A stretch of 64,000 nucleotides of DNA. It comes from the human T2T-CHM13v2.0 reference genome, Homo sapiens. The notes beneath the pieces were generated by a model that did no database searches, was not told where the DNA came from, and was given only the letters and a program-made list of their open reading frames with translations. Below, piece by piece: positions 14,225 through 26,584 of this stretch; the first letter of the stretch is position 1; each line of letters opens with the position of its first letter. A program made the translations under genes and the position numbers. The DNA lies in the NCBI RefSeq assembly GCF_009914755.1, contig NC_060925.1. The stretch is one strand, 5' to 3'.

Positions 14225-14450
14225 TGTGGAATGTGCGTGCGTGTGTGCATGGTGTGGGTCTTCAGGGGGTTGTGCAATCTGTTAAGTGTGGGATCTCTGT
14301 GTGTGTGCATGCGTGTGCATGCACGTGTGTTTCTAAGGGGTGTGCTGCCTGTTCGGCTCTGTGAACCTGTGTGTCTGTGAGTCTCTGCAGGCGGGTGCAT
14401 GCATGTGTGTGGCGTACGTGAAGCTGTGGGTGTGGGGCCGTCCTGTGTGT
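14225..14450. repeat. Degenerate (TG)/(TGCA)-rich simple repeat
   Basis: gtgcgtgcgtgtgtgcat...gtgtgtgtgcatgcgtgtgcatgcacgtgtg. Confidence 0.75.
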
Positions 14451-14459
14451 AGTTGCTCC

Positions 14460-14650
14460 CCTCAGCTGGTGTTAAACACTCTTTGGACAGCTCAGTAGGT
14501 AAACATTCAATAATGTAATTTGGAAACCCGTCCCCAGGGCTCTGCTGTGTGGCCAGGCAGCTGGCCGGTGGTGGCTGGATTAAGATATTAGCGCATTAAT
14601 GTCGTATCAAAGCCCAGTACCCTCAGCCTCGGGAGTGTCTGCTGACAGCC
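14460..14650. promoter_or_regulatory. Candidate enhancer (FOX, OTX/PITX, TCF/LEF, E-box, MEIS motifs)
   Basis: GTAAACA, GGATTA, ATCAAAG, CAGCTG x2 and TGACAG in unique sequence; motif inference only. Confidence 0.35.
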
Positions 14651-15819
14651 CCACCATGCCCAGGGCTTCATGGGCCGGCCGCCCCCGCCACATCCCTCTT
14701 GGAATCACAAGGAGGCCTTGTGTTCAGAGCCCACTCTGAGAGCTGCAGGGCTCTGCAGACATGAGCTCATGCCTGCCGGTCCCTTCAGGAGGAGGTGGGT
14801 GGCCTGCCCAACCACCAGGCCTCTTTCCCACTGCAGGGGCCAGGCCATGGGAGCAGTGGAAGCTGGCCTTTGGGTCTGAGCTGGTCTTTTGACCTGGCCA
14901 GAGTAGATTCTTATGTGTTTGTTGAATGAACGAATGACTGAGTCTCTTTCTAGGAACTTTCTTAAAATTCCTCAATAGCATGGGCCAAGTCCCTCTCACC
15001 TTGATACTCCCAGTGCCCTAGCAGTGCTTGGTACTCAGTTATTGTGTATTGAATAATAGACTGCTGGACTGCTGACTGCTAGAAGGGTACTGGACTGGAA
15101 GTCAGGAGACCTGGATTTGAGGCTTGATTATTACCTTTAATCTGCTTGGTGGCTGGGGATGGAGTGGGGGGTGGGGCGAGGCAGAGGGCCCTTTACCTAA
15201 CTGGGGACACCGGGCTCACCACGACGTAAACAGTGATTCTGATTCTAGCCTTTAGTGTCACACTCTGTGGGTATGCAGGTGGTGGCTGGGTCTGACTCCT
15301 TTTCCCTGGGAACCGAACATGTGGAAGGTTGAAAATATTGGCGGAAATCATCGTAAGGGGAGGTCCTCAGGACTGACAAGAAGAAAAGGGGCCAATGTGC
15401 AGATTTCTACCGAGTAGATGGGCTGGGGAAGGGAGGGGCACAGTGCTCAGATAGATGACTGGGGTGTCTGAGGCTAGGGCCATCTCAAAGAAAATTTAGC
15501 CTGATCCTCCATTGTATAGCTCTGCAAACTGAGGCCCAGAGGAGAGAAGGGGTGTGACCAAGGTTGCTCTCCCAGAAAAGCAGTGTCCATACTAGGACCG
15601 GGACCATCTCTGAGCAGAGGGAGTCTGCTGTTCCTGGCATCTGAGGCTGCAGGGAAGAGGCTAAATAAGGAAAGGGAGAGGGTAGAGAGTGAGGCTGGGC
15701 ACTAAACCTCAGGCTGGTGAGAAACTTTACCTTTTCATCCATTTACCTGGGGCCTGCCCTGACCTCAGGTAGTCAAGAAGCATTTTCTGGCAATTAGACT
15801 GCTAAACAATGGCCAGTAT

Positions 15820-16030
15820 TGTCAGTAATAACAGTAATAGGCCAACAGGATTAGTGACGGTAATAAAAACTACCTTTGATAAAGGCCTCACTGTATGCTG
15901 GGTGTTATGTTAAGTGCTCTACACATTTTGTCGTATTAATCCCCACAAAAACCCTATTCTCACAAAAATCTCAGAAAGGGACAGTTATTTGCCTCAGATA
16001 ACAGTGCTGGTAAGCCAAGGACTTCTTTAC
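15820..16030 (-). mobile_element. MIR
   Basis: TAAGTGCTCTACACATTTTGTCGTATTAATCCCCACAAAAACCCT. Confidence 0.65.
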
Positions 16031-17539
16031 CACTAGATAATACTGTGATCCCTTGAGGTCTTGGGCTTCCTGCCTCCGGCACCTGAGCGGGGGCTGGTGG
16101 CCCCTTTAGGGGAGATGTGGAGGGGTCCTGGTTTTGAGGCCATTGAAAAATGGGGGAAAATATCAGACCTGATGACTTGTGAGTCTATCATTCTATTCCT
16201 GGAAGAGCTTCTGGCTGCTGTGAATCTATGCTCTATATGAAAGTCAAGGAGTTTCAAGACTTATGTTAACTTCTACCAGCCATCATGATTGTTTGCTCCT
16301 CTGACCTTGAAGGAGGTTGCTGATAAAAATAAGGAAACTGTCCCACAGCCCCATGTCTGCTTCCCAGACCAAGGAGGAGTCATATCCACCAGCAAATGAG
16401 GGACAGAGTGGAAAGGACACACTTTCTGCCTGTGGGGACTCTTGCTTCTTGGCGTCCTAGTTTTTCAGAGTTGGGGATTCTTTGGAGATCATTGGCTTGA
16501 GGCTCGCCTGCTGTAACAGAGCAAGTTAATAGAAGAGTCATACTATGGAATCATCTCATCGATTCATTTTTACCCCACTCAGCTCAGCTTACTTTAGCTC
16601 AACTCAGCTTAAATCAATGCAGTGGAACTCAACTCATCACTCAGCATGGTACACATGGAGCTCAACCAACTCATCCAACCCAAACTAAACAAAAGGAGCA
16701 GAGCTCAATCCAAACCGATTAATCAAATTCTACTCAGCCCTCAACTCATCGCAACTCGACTCACATTCCAGGCAGGAGAGACAACATGAGCAGAGACATG
16801 AAGGCAAGAACGCTTGCTTGGGGGAAAACAGGAGCATAGTGGGCCAGGGCAGCCTGACAGAACAGCACAGTGGAGCCAGAAGCACCAAAATGGCACAGAT
16901 TGGGAGGAACCTGGGGGTTCTCACTGCCATGCTGTCCTGCAGGGTCAGGCAGACAGTTTTGTCTACCTCCACACTTGCCTGCCTCTCAGCTGATGCTGTG
17001 AGTTCCTCGAAGGAGCTCAACTCCGCAGAAAGAGGGGGTACCCCAGAGCTCTGCTGAGGAGCTGCGAGCAGCAGCAGTTGCCTACTAGGCCTCTGCTGTG
17101 GTCTTGGGGAGGATGCTGGGAGGGGAGGTCTAGCCGCTGCCCCTCCCACACAGGTTTTCCTGGGGAGCCACTGAGATTCTCCATAGTGTGGCAGAATCTG
17201 GAAGAAGAGGTTGCCTTCCTTTTCCAGGAGCTCCAGAAAGGAAGGGGGCAACCACCCCACGCTGCATGGCTTTGGTCCCTGCCATGCCACTTGTTAGCTC
17301 TGTGTATGGCCCATGGCAGGGCACATAGCATCTCTTAGTCTCCATATCTGTCAGTGGAGCCCTCATATGTTATCGTGAATGTCTAATGAGGTGGCACCTC
17401 CTAGATTTCAGGTGCTGTAGCTTGAACTTAGCTCATGCACGGCACTTGGCATCTAGGAGCTGAGGACAAACAGCAGAGTGCCCTACCTAACTTCCTCCTC
17501 ACCAGGTGGGAAGAAGGCCAGGCACCACGCTATGGGGAA

Positions 17540-17740
17540 CGACAACCTGGGTGACTATCCCAGCTCTGCTACTTACATCAACCAGTGATCTTGGAACAAT
17601 TACCCACCCTCTCCTGAGCTTCAGTTTTCTCAAGTGAAGCCAATTCAGCATTTATCTTATGGCATTGACAGGACAGTTGAAAGCACTTGACACAGATCCT
17701 GACACTTAGCAAACATTCAATACATGCTTTCATTATTACC
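17540..17740 (+). mobile_element. MIR
   Basis: TCCCAGCTCTGCTACTTAC...GCTTCAGTTTTCTCA...CATTCAATACATGC. Confidence 0.75.
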
Positions 17741-19089
17741 CACCTTCTCCCATTTGAGATAGAAATCAAAAATAAGAAAAAGCTCATTTTCCTCTGCTTT
17801 GGGCCGTGACATCTCCACCTGTCTAGTGGGTGTGCCTAGCACACTGCAAGGTCCCTTGCTTCTGATATTCTAGGATTTCTAGTCTATGCAGGGCATGAGT
17901 CTCAGGGCCAAGTAAAGGCAAGGGGACATGGGGTTGGGGGCAGTTTTCCAATATGCTGGGGTGAGCCCCAGAGTGTCCCTGAACCACAACCTCTGCAGGG
18001 CCCCGAGCCCGCCCCTCTGTCCTCCCCTGGGGCTGTCATGGGAACAGTGCAAACCGATGTGCAGCAGCTTGTGATAAATATGCATGAATGGGCTGTGGCC
18101 GCGGCCCCTCCTCAAGTCCATTTGGGGCACCTCAGTGAGCTAATTGAGGGTGGCCATTGTCCCTGTGCTCCCAGTGCCTGGGCCCCGTTTTCACATTCAA
18201 GTGCCTGGCCTCGGTTTAAAGTGGCCGAGTGGCGGGTGCTATTTTATGCAACAAAAGCCCCTCGAGAGGCTGGACAGAGAACTCCGTGGGCTGGCCCATT
18301 GCCTGAGCCCATTCCTGTCCTGGGCCAGGGGGATGGGGGGCCACACCAGACCACCTGATCGCAATTGAGGTGGAGGCGGCAGGCTGGGCACAATGGGTGC
18401 TCGAGAGGCCGCTCAGCCGCTGGGATGAATAGAGGGGACGCTTTCCTTCAGCCCCCATTAGAACCTGGTATAATTTCCCCCTGAATGGCAGTGGTGAGGG
18501 GTGGGCTCTCCAGGATGAGAAGGGGAAGGGGAGAAAGCCAGAGGCCCTTTGAGACCCACCCAAAAGGCCCTGCTCCTTTGCCCCCCTCTGCTACCAGGAA
18601 AATGTCCACTTAGCTTGATGATGCAAGTGGTCTTCATGAAAGGCAGAGAACTTCAGGACCACGGGTGGAGGGGGAGAGTGCGGTCATGCCTTGGGGTGTC
18701 TCACCTCCACCCACAACTCCATGGTGGGGGGCTCTCAGCTGAAATATAAAGAAGAAGAGAACAGCAAGACACCACCCCCCAACATACACACACTCAGTGG
18801 GGGCCCCTTTCGAATGCAGGGGCCAAAGACTGGATGGTCCAGGGCATTAGCTCTGTGTCTGAGCTATCAATGGCACTAGCAGAGAGGAGAGGGCAGGAAG
18901 AAAGGGGGCTGCTGCACCCTAACTCCATCCACCGATGGGGAGCACATGTGGAGAGGGCAGCAGCGCCGAGGTCCCAGCACCTCTGTCCTGGGTGCTCCTC
19001 AATTCTCACAAGCCCACAGGGGGAGAAGGGGTCAGTTTGGTGTGATGGAAAGGCTGAGCTCAAACAGCTGTAACGACTTGCCCAAGAGC

Positions 19090-19600
19090 AGGCACCAGAA
19101 GGCAATGGGGCACAGTGGTGAGGACACAGCGTGTTGGAGGCATTGGCTCTGACCATGAACCCCATAGGGCATGTGGTCAGAGCCAAGGACAGAACCCTGG
19201 GGAACTGAATATGCAGAAAAGGTGTGTATTCAAAGAATAACAAGCAGAGAAAGCAGAAAAGGAAGTGGCCCGTGAAGAGGACAGTGGGAGAACTGGAGTG
19301 AGCACTGTCCCAGAAACCAAGAGAAGAGAGAATTTCAAGAAAAAGGGAGTAACCAACAGTTTCAAATTCAGCAGAAGCTCAGGCAAGATGAGGACCGAAA
19401 AGTGTCCATTTAGCACAAGGAGGTTCCCAGCAGCCTTGGTGAGCACTGGCTCCTGGCAGCTGATAGGTACCAGCCAGACTGGGGTGGGTGGAGGGGTGAG
19501 TGTGGTGTGAACGGTTTGAGAAGGGCTTCGAGAGGTAGGGCCAGAAAAGAGGGGCCTGTGGAGGAATAAGCGAGGGGCTGGGGGGATTTGAACCTGCTCA
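19090..19600 (-). mobile_element. L2 internal fragment
   Basis: GTCCCAGAAACCAAGAGAAGAGAGAATTTCAAGAAAAAGGGAG...AAGATGAGGACCGAAAAGTGTCCATT. Confidence 0.7.
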
Positions 19601-19634
19601 GAGGCAGAGGGGAGGGGCTTCTCAGCTCTTGGGC

Positions 19635-19885
19635 CATAATGCAGTGCCATAGGCTGTAGTGGTTAAGAGCTCAGATGCTAGAGTTAGGCTGCCTCAATTC
19701 AGATCTTGGCTCTACCATTCTCCAGCGATAGTCCTTGGGGTTCCTCTCTGAGCCTCAGCTTCTGAAGCTTCATCATGGTATTGTCATGATGAAATGAATC
19801 TATGTCACCCCTTAGCACAGTGCCGGGATGTAGCCAACACTCAATAAAAGTTAACTCCGTTATTATCTTACTTTTATTATTATTC
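19635..19885 (+). mobile_element. MIR
   Basis: TAGTGGTTAAGAGC head; CTCAATAAAAGTTAAC...TATTATT tail. Confidence 0.8.
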
Positions 19886-20069
19886 TCTGCATACCAAAGC
19901 TAAAGATTTCAAGCCACGTGGCACTGGCTGTGAATTCCACCTTTGCTACTAGCTGTGTAACTCTGGAGCAGCTCAGTGCATTCATTTCTTTCTTAAGGTG
20001 GGACAGCCGTACCTGTCTCACAGAGCTGCTGAGGGGTCACCCAAATCCAGTGGTCCTGCAACTCCCCCA

Positions 20070-20260
20070 GACTTTTCACCTGTTCTGTCATTTTCTTCAT
20101 CATCAGCGTGTGAAGTGGTATCTTTATTGCTCCCATTTGACAGATGAGGATACTGAGGCTTACACAGGGACCTGATTTGCTCCAAGTGACAGAATGACAT
20201 CTGGCAAAGCCACAGTTAGAATCCAGAGGTGTCTGGCCCTAACCTCTACTTTCCACTATT
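20070..20260 (-). mobile_element. MIR
   Basis: CCCATTTGACAGATGAGGATACTGAGGCT. Confidence 0.75.
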
Positions 20261-21054
20261 TCAGGCTTTGGAGAGGAGACACTGTCTGAGGACCACCCCA
20301 GTTTCAACCTGTCATGGAAACAAGGCTGGACCACAGCAAAGCCCAGGGAAGAAGTAGCATAGAGAGCTCGGAAGGCTTCCGGGGGGAGGTGGCTTGTGGG
20401 GTTATGGCATGGTTGGAAATAGTGTTCCCATCCTTGGGCATAGGATAGGAAAAAGAAGGAAGTGGCTCTGATGACAGAGAGCTAAAGGGCCAGATGGGAA
20501 AGGACCATCTGTAAGGATGGCCACCACACATCCCACTCTGTGCTGGTGGGAAGATTCTAGCTTGGGCATGGACAAGTCTCTTCCTTCTTTGACATCTCAC
20601 CATCCTGTCCCTCCCTGTCTTCCTTTCCCTGCCCTTTACTCCATCCAGCCACTGTGTCAAGTTCTTCACTAGGCGCTTGGGATGAAGACATGAATCAGAG
20701 TCCCTGCTCTGAGGGTTTCACAGTCTGGGGGACAGGGCAGGGTGCAATAGAAAAAGGATATTAGTAGAAATCATTATGCAAGATAGTATTGTTTGATTGC
20801 CCACAGGAATAGAGAGCTCACTGCCCCATGAGTTCACCTTGCTTTCTGCTTTTCTCTTTTGCAGAGGCATATCCCAGGCCCAGAGAAAGTGTGGTTTTGC
20901 TAAGAACACATGAACCTTCACATCAGAGTCAAGACCTGGCCTCAGGGGCTCAGTGGGACTCCACTCAAATCTGCCTCTGGGCCTTTGGCAGCTTCCCAGA
21001 GCCAAGGAGAGACAGCAGGGGGACAGTGAATGGTAGAAATGTTTTTTGTCATGA

Positions 21055-21260
21055 GAGGCAGTACACTGGGGGAGTTAAGAGCACAGATGGTAATGCCAGA
21101 CTGCCTGGGTTCAAATCCCAGCTCTGCCATTTACCAACTACTCAACCCATCTGTGCCTCTGTTTCTTCATCTGTAAAATGGGGATAGTCGTAGCAGACAT
21201 CTCCTGGGGCTATGGTGAAGGTTACAGGAATTAAGATACATAAGGTGCAGCCAGGCACTG
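21055..21260 (+). mobile_element. MIR, interrupted near its 3' end by MER44A
   Basis: GCCAGACTGCCTGGGTTCAAATCCCAGCTCTGCCA...CATCTGTAAAATGGGGAT. Confidence 0.85.
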
Positions 21261-21595
21261 CAGTTGTTCCTCTGTAGCCATGGTTTTGCTTTCCATGGTT
21301 CAAGTTGCCTGTGGTTAACTGTGGTCCAAGAACAGGTGGGTACAGTACAATATTTTGAGAGAGACAGCGCACATTTACATAACTTTTATTATGATATATT
21401 GTTATAATTATTCTATTTTATTAGTATTGTTGTGAATCTCTTACTGTGCCTAATTTATAAGTTAAACTTTATCATAGGTATGTATGTATGTATAGGGAAA
21501 AACATAGCATACATAGGGTTTGGTGATCCGTGGTTTCAGGCATCTGGGGCGGGGGATCTTGGAGTGCCTTCTTCCAGGATCAGTGGGGACTGCTG
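21261..21595 (+). mobile_element. MER44A (TcMar-Tigger non-autonomous DNA transposon)
   Basis: Termini CAGTTGTTCCTC / GTGGGGACTGCTG followed by TA; internal CTCTTACTGTGCCTAATTTATAAGTTAAACTTTATCATAGGTATGTATGTA. Confidence 0.88.
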
Positions 21596-21899
21596 TACTT
21601 GACTCTCAGGCAGCAGGTGCCAGTGCAAATGGCCAGGCTTGGTCTCAGATAGGCCTGATTTTATACTCTCTGCCTAATTGTACAGTGTGGCTGATCCCTC
21701 CGTGAACCTCAGTACTTCATCTATTAAATGGGACCATAGTAGTACCTGCCCCCCAGGCCTGTGGTGCAGATGGGTTGAGATGACAAGGCATGTGGACCGG
21801 GAGAGTGTCACATGCGTTACCTGCCTGCCACATCTCAGGTGCTGTCCTGGGGGTCAAGTGGTACCTGACAGCCACTCAGTGGAGACTTTCAGGGCCCAA

Positions 21900-22470
21900 A
21901 CCTTTCTGCCGACGTGGTATTGCCCACTGTGCTTAATGTGGAGTTAAGTAGAGGAAGCCAAAAAGGCCAGGTGCACACACTCCCCCTGAACCCTGGCTTT
22001 TCCAGCTGGATGCTTCCACCTAGGGCACTGAATCTGGAGCTAGTGATGCAAAGAAGCAGAGATGATTAAAATTTATCCCAGCAGGAGCAGACAGGCTGCC
22101 TGAACCTGGCTGTTTCTGGGGAACGACCCTGGCTATGATACTTGTCCCTGGTTCCTGCCTGTTTTCTGAGCCTGGTTCTTCATTCAGGATTCCCTTTAAT
22201 CCTGTGGACCATCCAAAAGCGTCCTAGTACATCCTTCTCCTCTTCTTCCTTTTCTACATCCTTTTCCTCCTCTGCCTCCCCTCTTCTTCTTCCTTGCCTT
22301 CCTCATCTTCCTCATGGTTGTTGCCATCCTCCTCCTCCTTCTCTTCATCCCTTTTCTCCTTCTCCCTCCACCTCCTGTTCCTTCCTTTTCTTTCTCCTTC
22401 TCCTCCTTCTTCTTTAAGTTAGTCAGAGTTGATTTCTGTTACTTGCAACTAAGAACCATGACTGATCCAT
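21900..22470 (+). mobile_element. LTR33-like ERVL solo LTR split by a pyrimidine tract
   Basis: TGAATCTGGAGCTAGTGATGCAAAGAAGCAG; 3' end TTAAGTTAGTCAGAGTTGATTTCTGTTACTTGCAACTAAGAACCATGACTGAT. Confidence 0.7.
22232..22414. repeat. (CCT/CTT)n polypyrimidine tract
   Basis: ~180 bp almost entirely C/T on the + strand. Confidence 0.9.
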
Positions 22471-23479
22471 TTGGAGATTTACTCATTGCCAGAGCTAATC
22501 TGAGGTACTGATTCATATTTAGATGTGAGCGGTTGATAAAGCCAGGAGGGCCTCTAGAGATTACAAAGTGTAGCTTTCTCATTGTGAGAAAATGGGGGAA
22601 ATGGAGGTCCTAGGAAGTGAGGCAATTAACCTAGGATCACACAAAATTAATATCAGGGCTGTAGCTTGAATGCCAGCTGAGGGTACCATGAGTGGAAATT
22701 CTCCTGGAGACATTTTTTGAGGCCTTTTACACCTTCTATGTTGCACCAAGAACCCTCCATGGCTGTATTTAAGTTAATGGTGGCTATTTTTGGCACAGAA
22801 ATACACCAGGGAAGGCATCATTGTATTGAGGCTTTGTCTTCTCGTCTCCCCACCCGTTAGGCAGTGGCCGCATGAAGGGCCAGCCCTGAACTCTGGAGCT
22901 TCCCTCCCTGTCCCGCGCCCCTCTGCCTTCATTTCCCCTGGATGGGATGGCTGACGGCTCTTAGAAATGCCAAGAATCACAATAATTTGAGCACATTATT
23001 GCTGCCTCTGATTTCTTTCCATCATGCTTTTCCGTGGCTGGTAATTTCCCCCCCAGCCCTGGGCTCCTGTCCTTTCTCTGCCACTGACTCCTTGTGTGAC
23101 CTTGGCTAAGTCACTTGCTTCTCTGTGCCCCAGTTTCCTCCCCAGTAAAATCAGACCTGTCAGCTCTCAGAGTCACCTACCGTTCCGCTCTGCATATTTT
23201 GAGGTCAAAATATGGACTGGACTCATGATAAATGGTGACAAAAATCCCACAAATGGGAGATTTTAAAAGTTTTTATAAAAATCTCAATGATAAGAAAAAA
23301 TTCCAGAGAAAGGAGGAAACTGCGAATGTTTTGGAGAAGAAAATGAGGGGAGGTGAGGGTGGGTGGAGAGCATGGTCTCCTCACCTTGTAGAATTGTCAC
23401 AGGCCGATGAAGCAGCTATGATCTGTGTGGGGCACATTCACCCTGAGGCTGGGGTAAGGTAGGTTACAGGCAGGCAGAT

Positions 23480-23620
23480 GCCAGTTCTACATGGGGAAGA
23501 GCTTAGCAGTCAGGGCTACTCCACAGCAAAGCTAAAGCCCTTCAGGTAGTGAGGTACCCGCCAACAGAGGTGTGCAAGCAGGGAGTGATGCTGCCTGAGA
23601 TGCTGCAAGGAGATTGAACA
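23480..23620 (+). mobile_element. L3/CR1 fragment
   Basis: AGGTAGTGAGGTACCCGCCAACAGAGGTGTGCAAGCAG resembles the CR1 3' motif GAGGTAGTGAGCTCCCCGTCACTGGAGGTGTTCAAGCAG. Confidence 0.55.
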
Positions 23621-24198
23621 AGATATCTCTATATGCCTTTTATCAGAACCAAGAATCCTCTTAGTCACTGAGAGTGTTTTCAGTGTGCAGGGTAGAATGA
23701 AACCACCTGGAAATACTTGGCAACTAACTGCCAGGCGAAAGGCTGCCTGCTGTGCCAGCCCAGGAGGAATGTCCATGAGGGATCCATGGCAGACCACAAC
23801 CTTGGCGAGACCAGATTGTTCCATCACAACTGACAGGCGTTGCTAGGATGGAGGAAAGTCAGTGGCTGTTCACAAGAAACTAGGCCACTGGGATTTATAG
23901 GAGTACAGAGGGGCGGTCCTGGGTCCGTATCACCCACAGGTGGGGGCCTGGCCAAGTGGGTGAGGTGTATGTGCTCAGCAGGGCCCCTGCCTGACCATTG
24001 GCCGGTCAGTCAGCAAGTATTTTATTGAGCAACTATTATGTGCTGGGCACTGTGCCAGGGCTGAGGCTACCACAGTGAATGAGATGAGCTGGGCCTTGCT
24101 TTTAGAGTCTGGCAAGCAGACACAGAAGTACAATAATAATGGATAACCCTTACCTGGCAGAAAGTGTCTACTTTCTGCCAGGCCCTATTCTAAATGCT

Positions 24199-24520
24199 TG
24201 CATTAGTCGGGATAGGACAGTTTTGCTGTAGAAACAAATGCCACCCAAATCTTGGTGGCTTAAAATAACAAGGCCTTATTTCTGGTTCATGGCATGTGTG
24301 CATATGGGTTAGCAGGAGGTGCTTGGCACATCTCAGTTAGAGACCAAGGCTGAGGCAGAGACAGAACAAGGGGGCATGGCAAATGTCTTTTAAGCTCCCT
24401 CTGGAAGTGGCACATATAACTCAAATCATTGGCCAAAGCTAGTCACATGGCCACCATATGACTTCAAAGGCAGTGGGGACATCAGTTCTACGGGCGGATG
24501 AGGATAGCTGTGAACAGTGG
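24199..24520 (-). mobile_element. MLT1 (J/K/L-like) MaLR LTR nested in a MIR (24130-24730)
   Basis: TGCATTAGTCGGGATAGG...GGTGGCTTAAAATAACAA...CATTGGCCAAAGCTAGTCACATGGCC; MIR core GAGGAAACTGAGG resumes at ~24607. Confidence 0.75.
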
Positions 24521-26019
24521 CTACCACAGGGCTTCATGTCCATTATCAATGTAAACTTCACACAACCCTCTGGAGTAGGGAATTGTGTTATCCCCATTTT
24601 ACTGGTGAGGAAACTGAGGTGCAGGGAGGTTGTGGGATGGTCCTAAGGACACAGAGCTGGTGGATGGCAGAGCTGAGAGGTGAGCCAGGCAGTCTGGCCC
24701 CAAGTCCATACCCTTAACTGCTGTGCCTCACTGCCACTCACTGAAACAGGAAGGATACAGAAGTATGATTGCAGTGGCAAAGGGAGGGGGGCAAGGGGCT
24801 GAGGGAGCTGAGTGCAGGGGACCCCGGCACAGTGTGGGGTCCACGACGGCCTCTGAGGAAGTAACCTTTGTCCTGAGCCGGGAAGAAGGAATATGTGAGA
24901 AGAGGGCAGCTTCCGGGTGAAGGAGGAGCACTGTGGTGGCCCAGGGAGGGAGGCAACGTGGCGTATGAAGCCCGGGCTTAGTGGGTGAGGTGCCTGGGTC
25001 GGTAATGAATAAGCCAGCCATTGTCAGGGGGTCACCTGCAGGGATTCAGGGGAGCTGGAGCTGGGGCCTGCAAGAGCCCAAAGATGACTCCATCCTGGGG
25101 GCATCGCAGAGAGCTTCCTGGAGGAGGTGAGATCTAAACTGGATAAGGGGTAGGGGAGGACAACCATGTTCCTCTCAGAGGGAGCACCATGAACACAAGC
25201 CAGGAGGAAGGAGGAAGTGTGGGGGGCCCAGGGAATTGCGGTTGGCTCACCTGCCTGGGGCAGAGGGTGGGAAGTGTGAGGGTGGGCAGAAAAGGACTGT
25301 ACTAGAGAGGATCTCTGCTTCTCGTCATCCTGGTTGCTGGGAGTTTGGGCTGAAAGTGTAGAGGCAGGACTGTTTGATCTGAGATATTGATTGAGAACCT
25401 ACTGTCTGCCAGGCCTTGGACCTGGGGTTTGGGCTGGCTAGAGTGGGCTGCTTCTGGCTGCCACATGCCCTGTTCTTATCTGACTTCCTTGTGGGTAACT
25501 GTCTGGCTTCAGGGTGCCAGGAACGCCACTCATGCCCTTCCGTCTGTCTGCGAGGGCCCCCAGACCCTTTTTCTTGGCAGGCAAACTAGGAGCACACCCA
25601 ATATTCCATCCCAGAATGAAGCCTGGGTCCTTGAGAGGGCAGCTGTCCACTCTTTGTCTCTGGATGGGACTGGACTGCTCCTGTGTGCTGTGGGCTTGCC
25701 CATCTCCAGGCCTTCTCCTAGGCTGGCCCCCTCCCAGCAGAGCTTCCAGGCCCATCCTGATCCTCAGGTGAGGTGGGCCTTCACAAGTGGGACACTCTCT
25801 ACTCTATTGGGAAAAGGAGACAAATCACCTCAATTTAAGTCAACTCATCTCAACTGCACACCTAACATGTGCTCTGGCCCTTGCTAAGTGCTCAGAAGTG
25901 ACTGCTTATGGCCACCTTTACCCTATTCTCCACCCAAAGCTTGCATGTATAGTGTGTCCAGAGAAAATCCAGTCCTTGTTAGTTGTGTAAGAGTCCCACG
26001 TGGGAAAACCCAGAGCCAC

Positions 26020-26575
26020 TCTTATCCCCATTCTCCCTCCAGCATCCTAAAAAGTCAGTCACGAAGTACCATCCACGCTGCCTCCGAAGCAGGTCTCAGA
26101 TCCATGGCTGCATCTCCACTCCCTCTCCTGAGTACAGGTTGTCAGCATCTCTCTTACAGAGTCTGCTGGAGCCTCTTAACTGGTCTCCCACACACATCAC
26201 AGCCAGGGAGACCCTTCTAACATGGAGATTTAATCATGGCTTAATTATAAACATCTCCTACTTAAAATCCTCTGATACTTCCCCATTGACCTCGGGATAA
26301 AGTCCAAACTCATAAGCTTGGTATGTGGGGCTCTGTCTCTTCTTATCCTTCCAGACTCAACTCCAGCCACTCCTCCTCCAGGAAGCCTTCTCAGATCACT
26401 CAATATTCGGAGATTTCTGCCACTTCCTCCATCCTTCCTGTCTGTCCTACCAGTTCTGTTCCAAATCGATTTAGCTGTTTACCCCTCCCTCACCTTTCAC
26501 TCTTCTTCAACAGATGTTTTTGGCCAGGTCAATAGATACTAGAGACTGGTGAATGGCTGACTGACTGAATGAATA
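26020..26575 (+). mobile_element. L2 fragment
   Basis: AGCCTCTTAACTGGTCTCC, GGGATAAAGTCCAAACTC, ends GACTGAATGAAT. Confidence 0.65.
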
Positions 26576-26584
26576 GATGCATCT

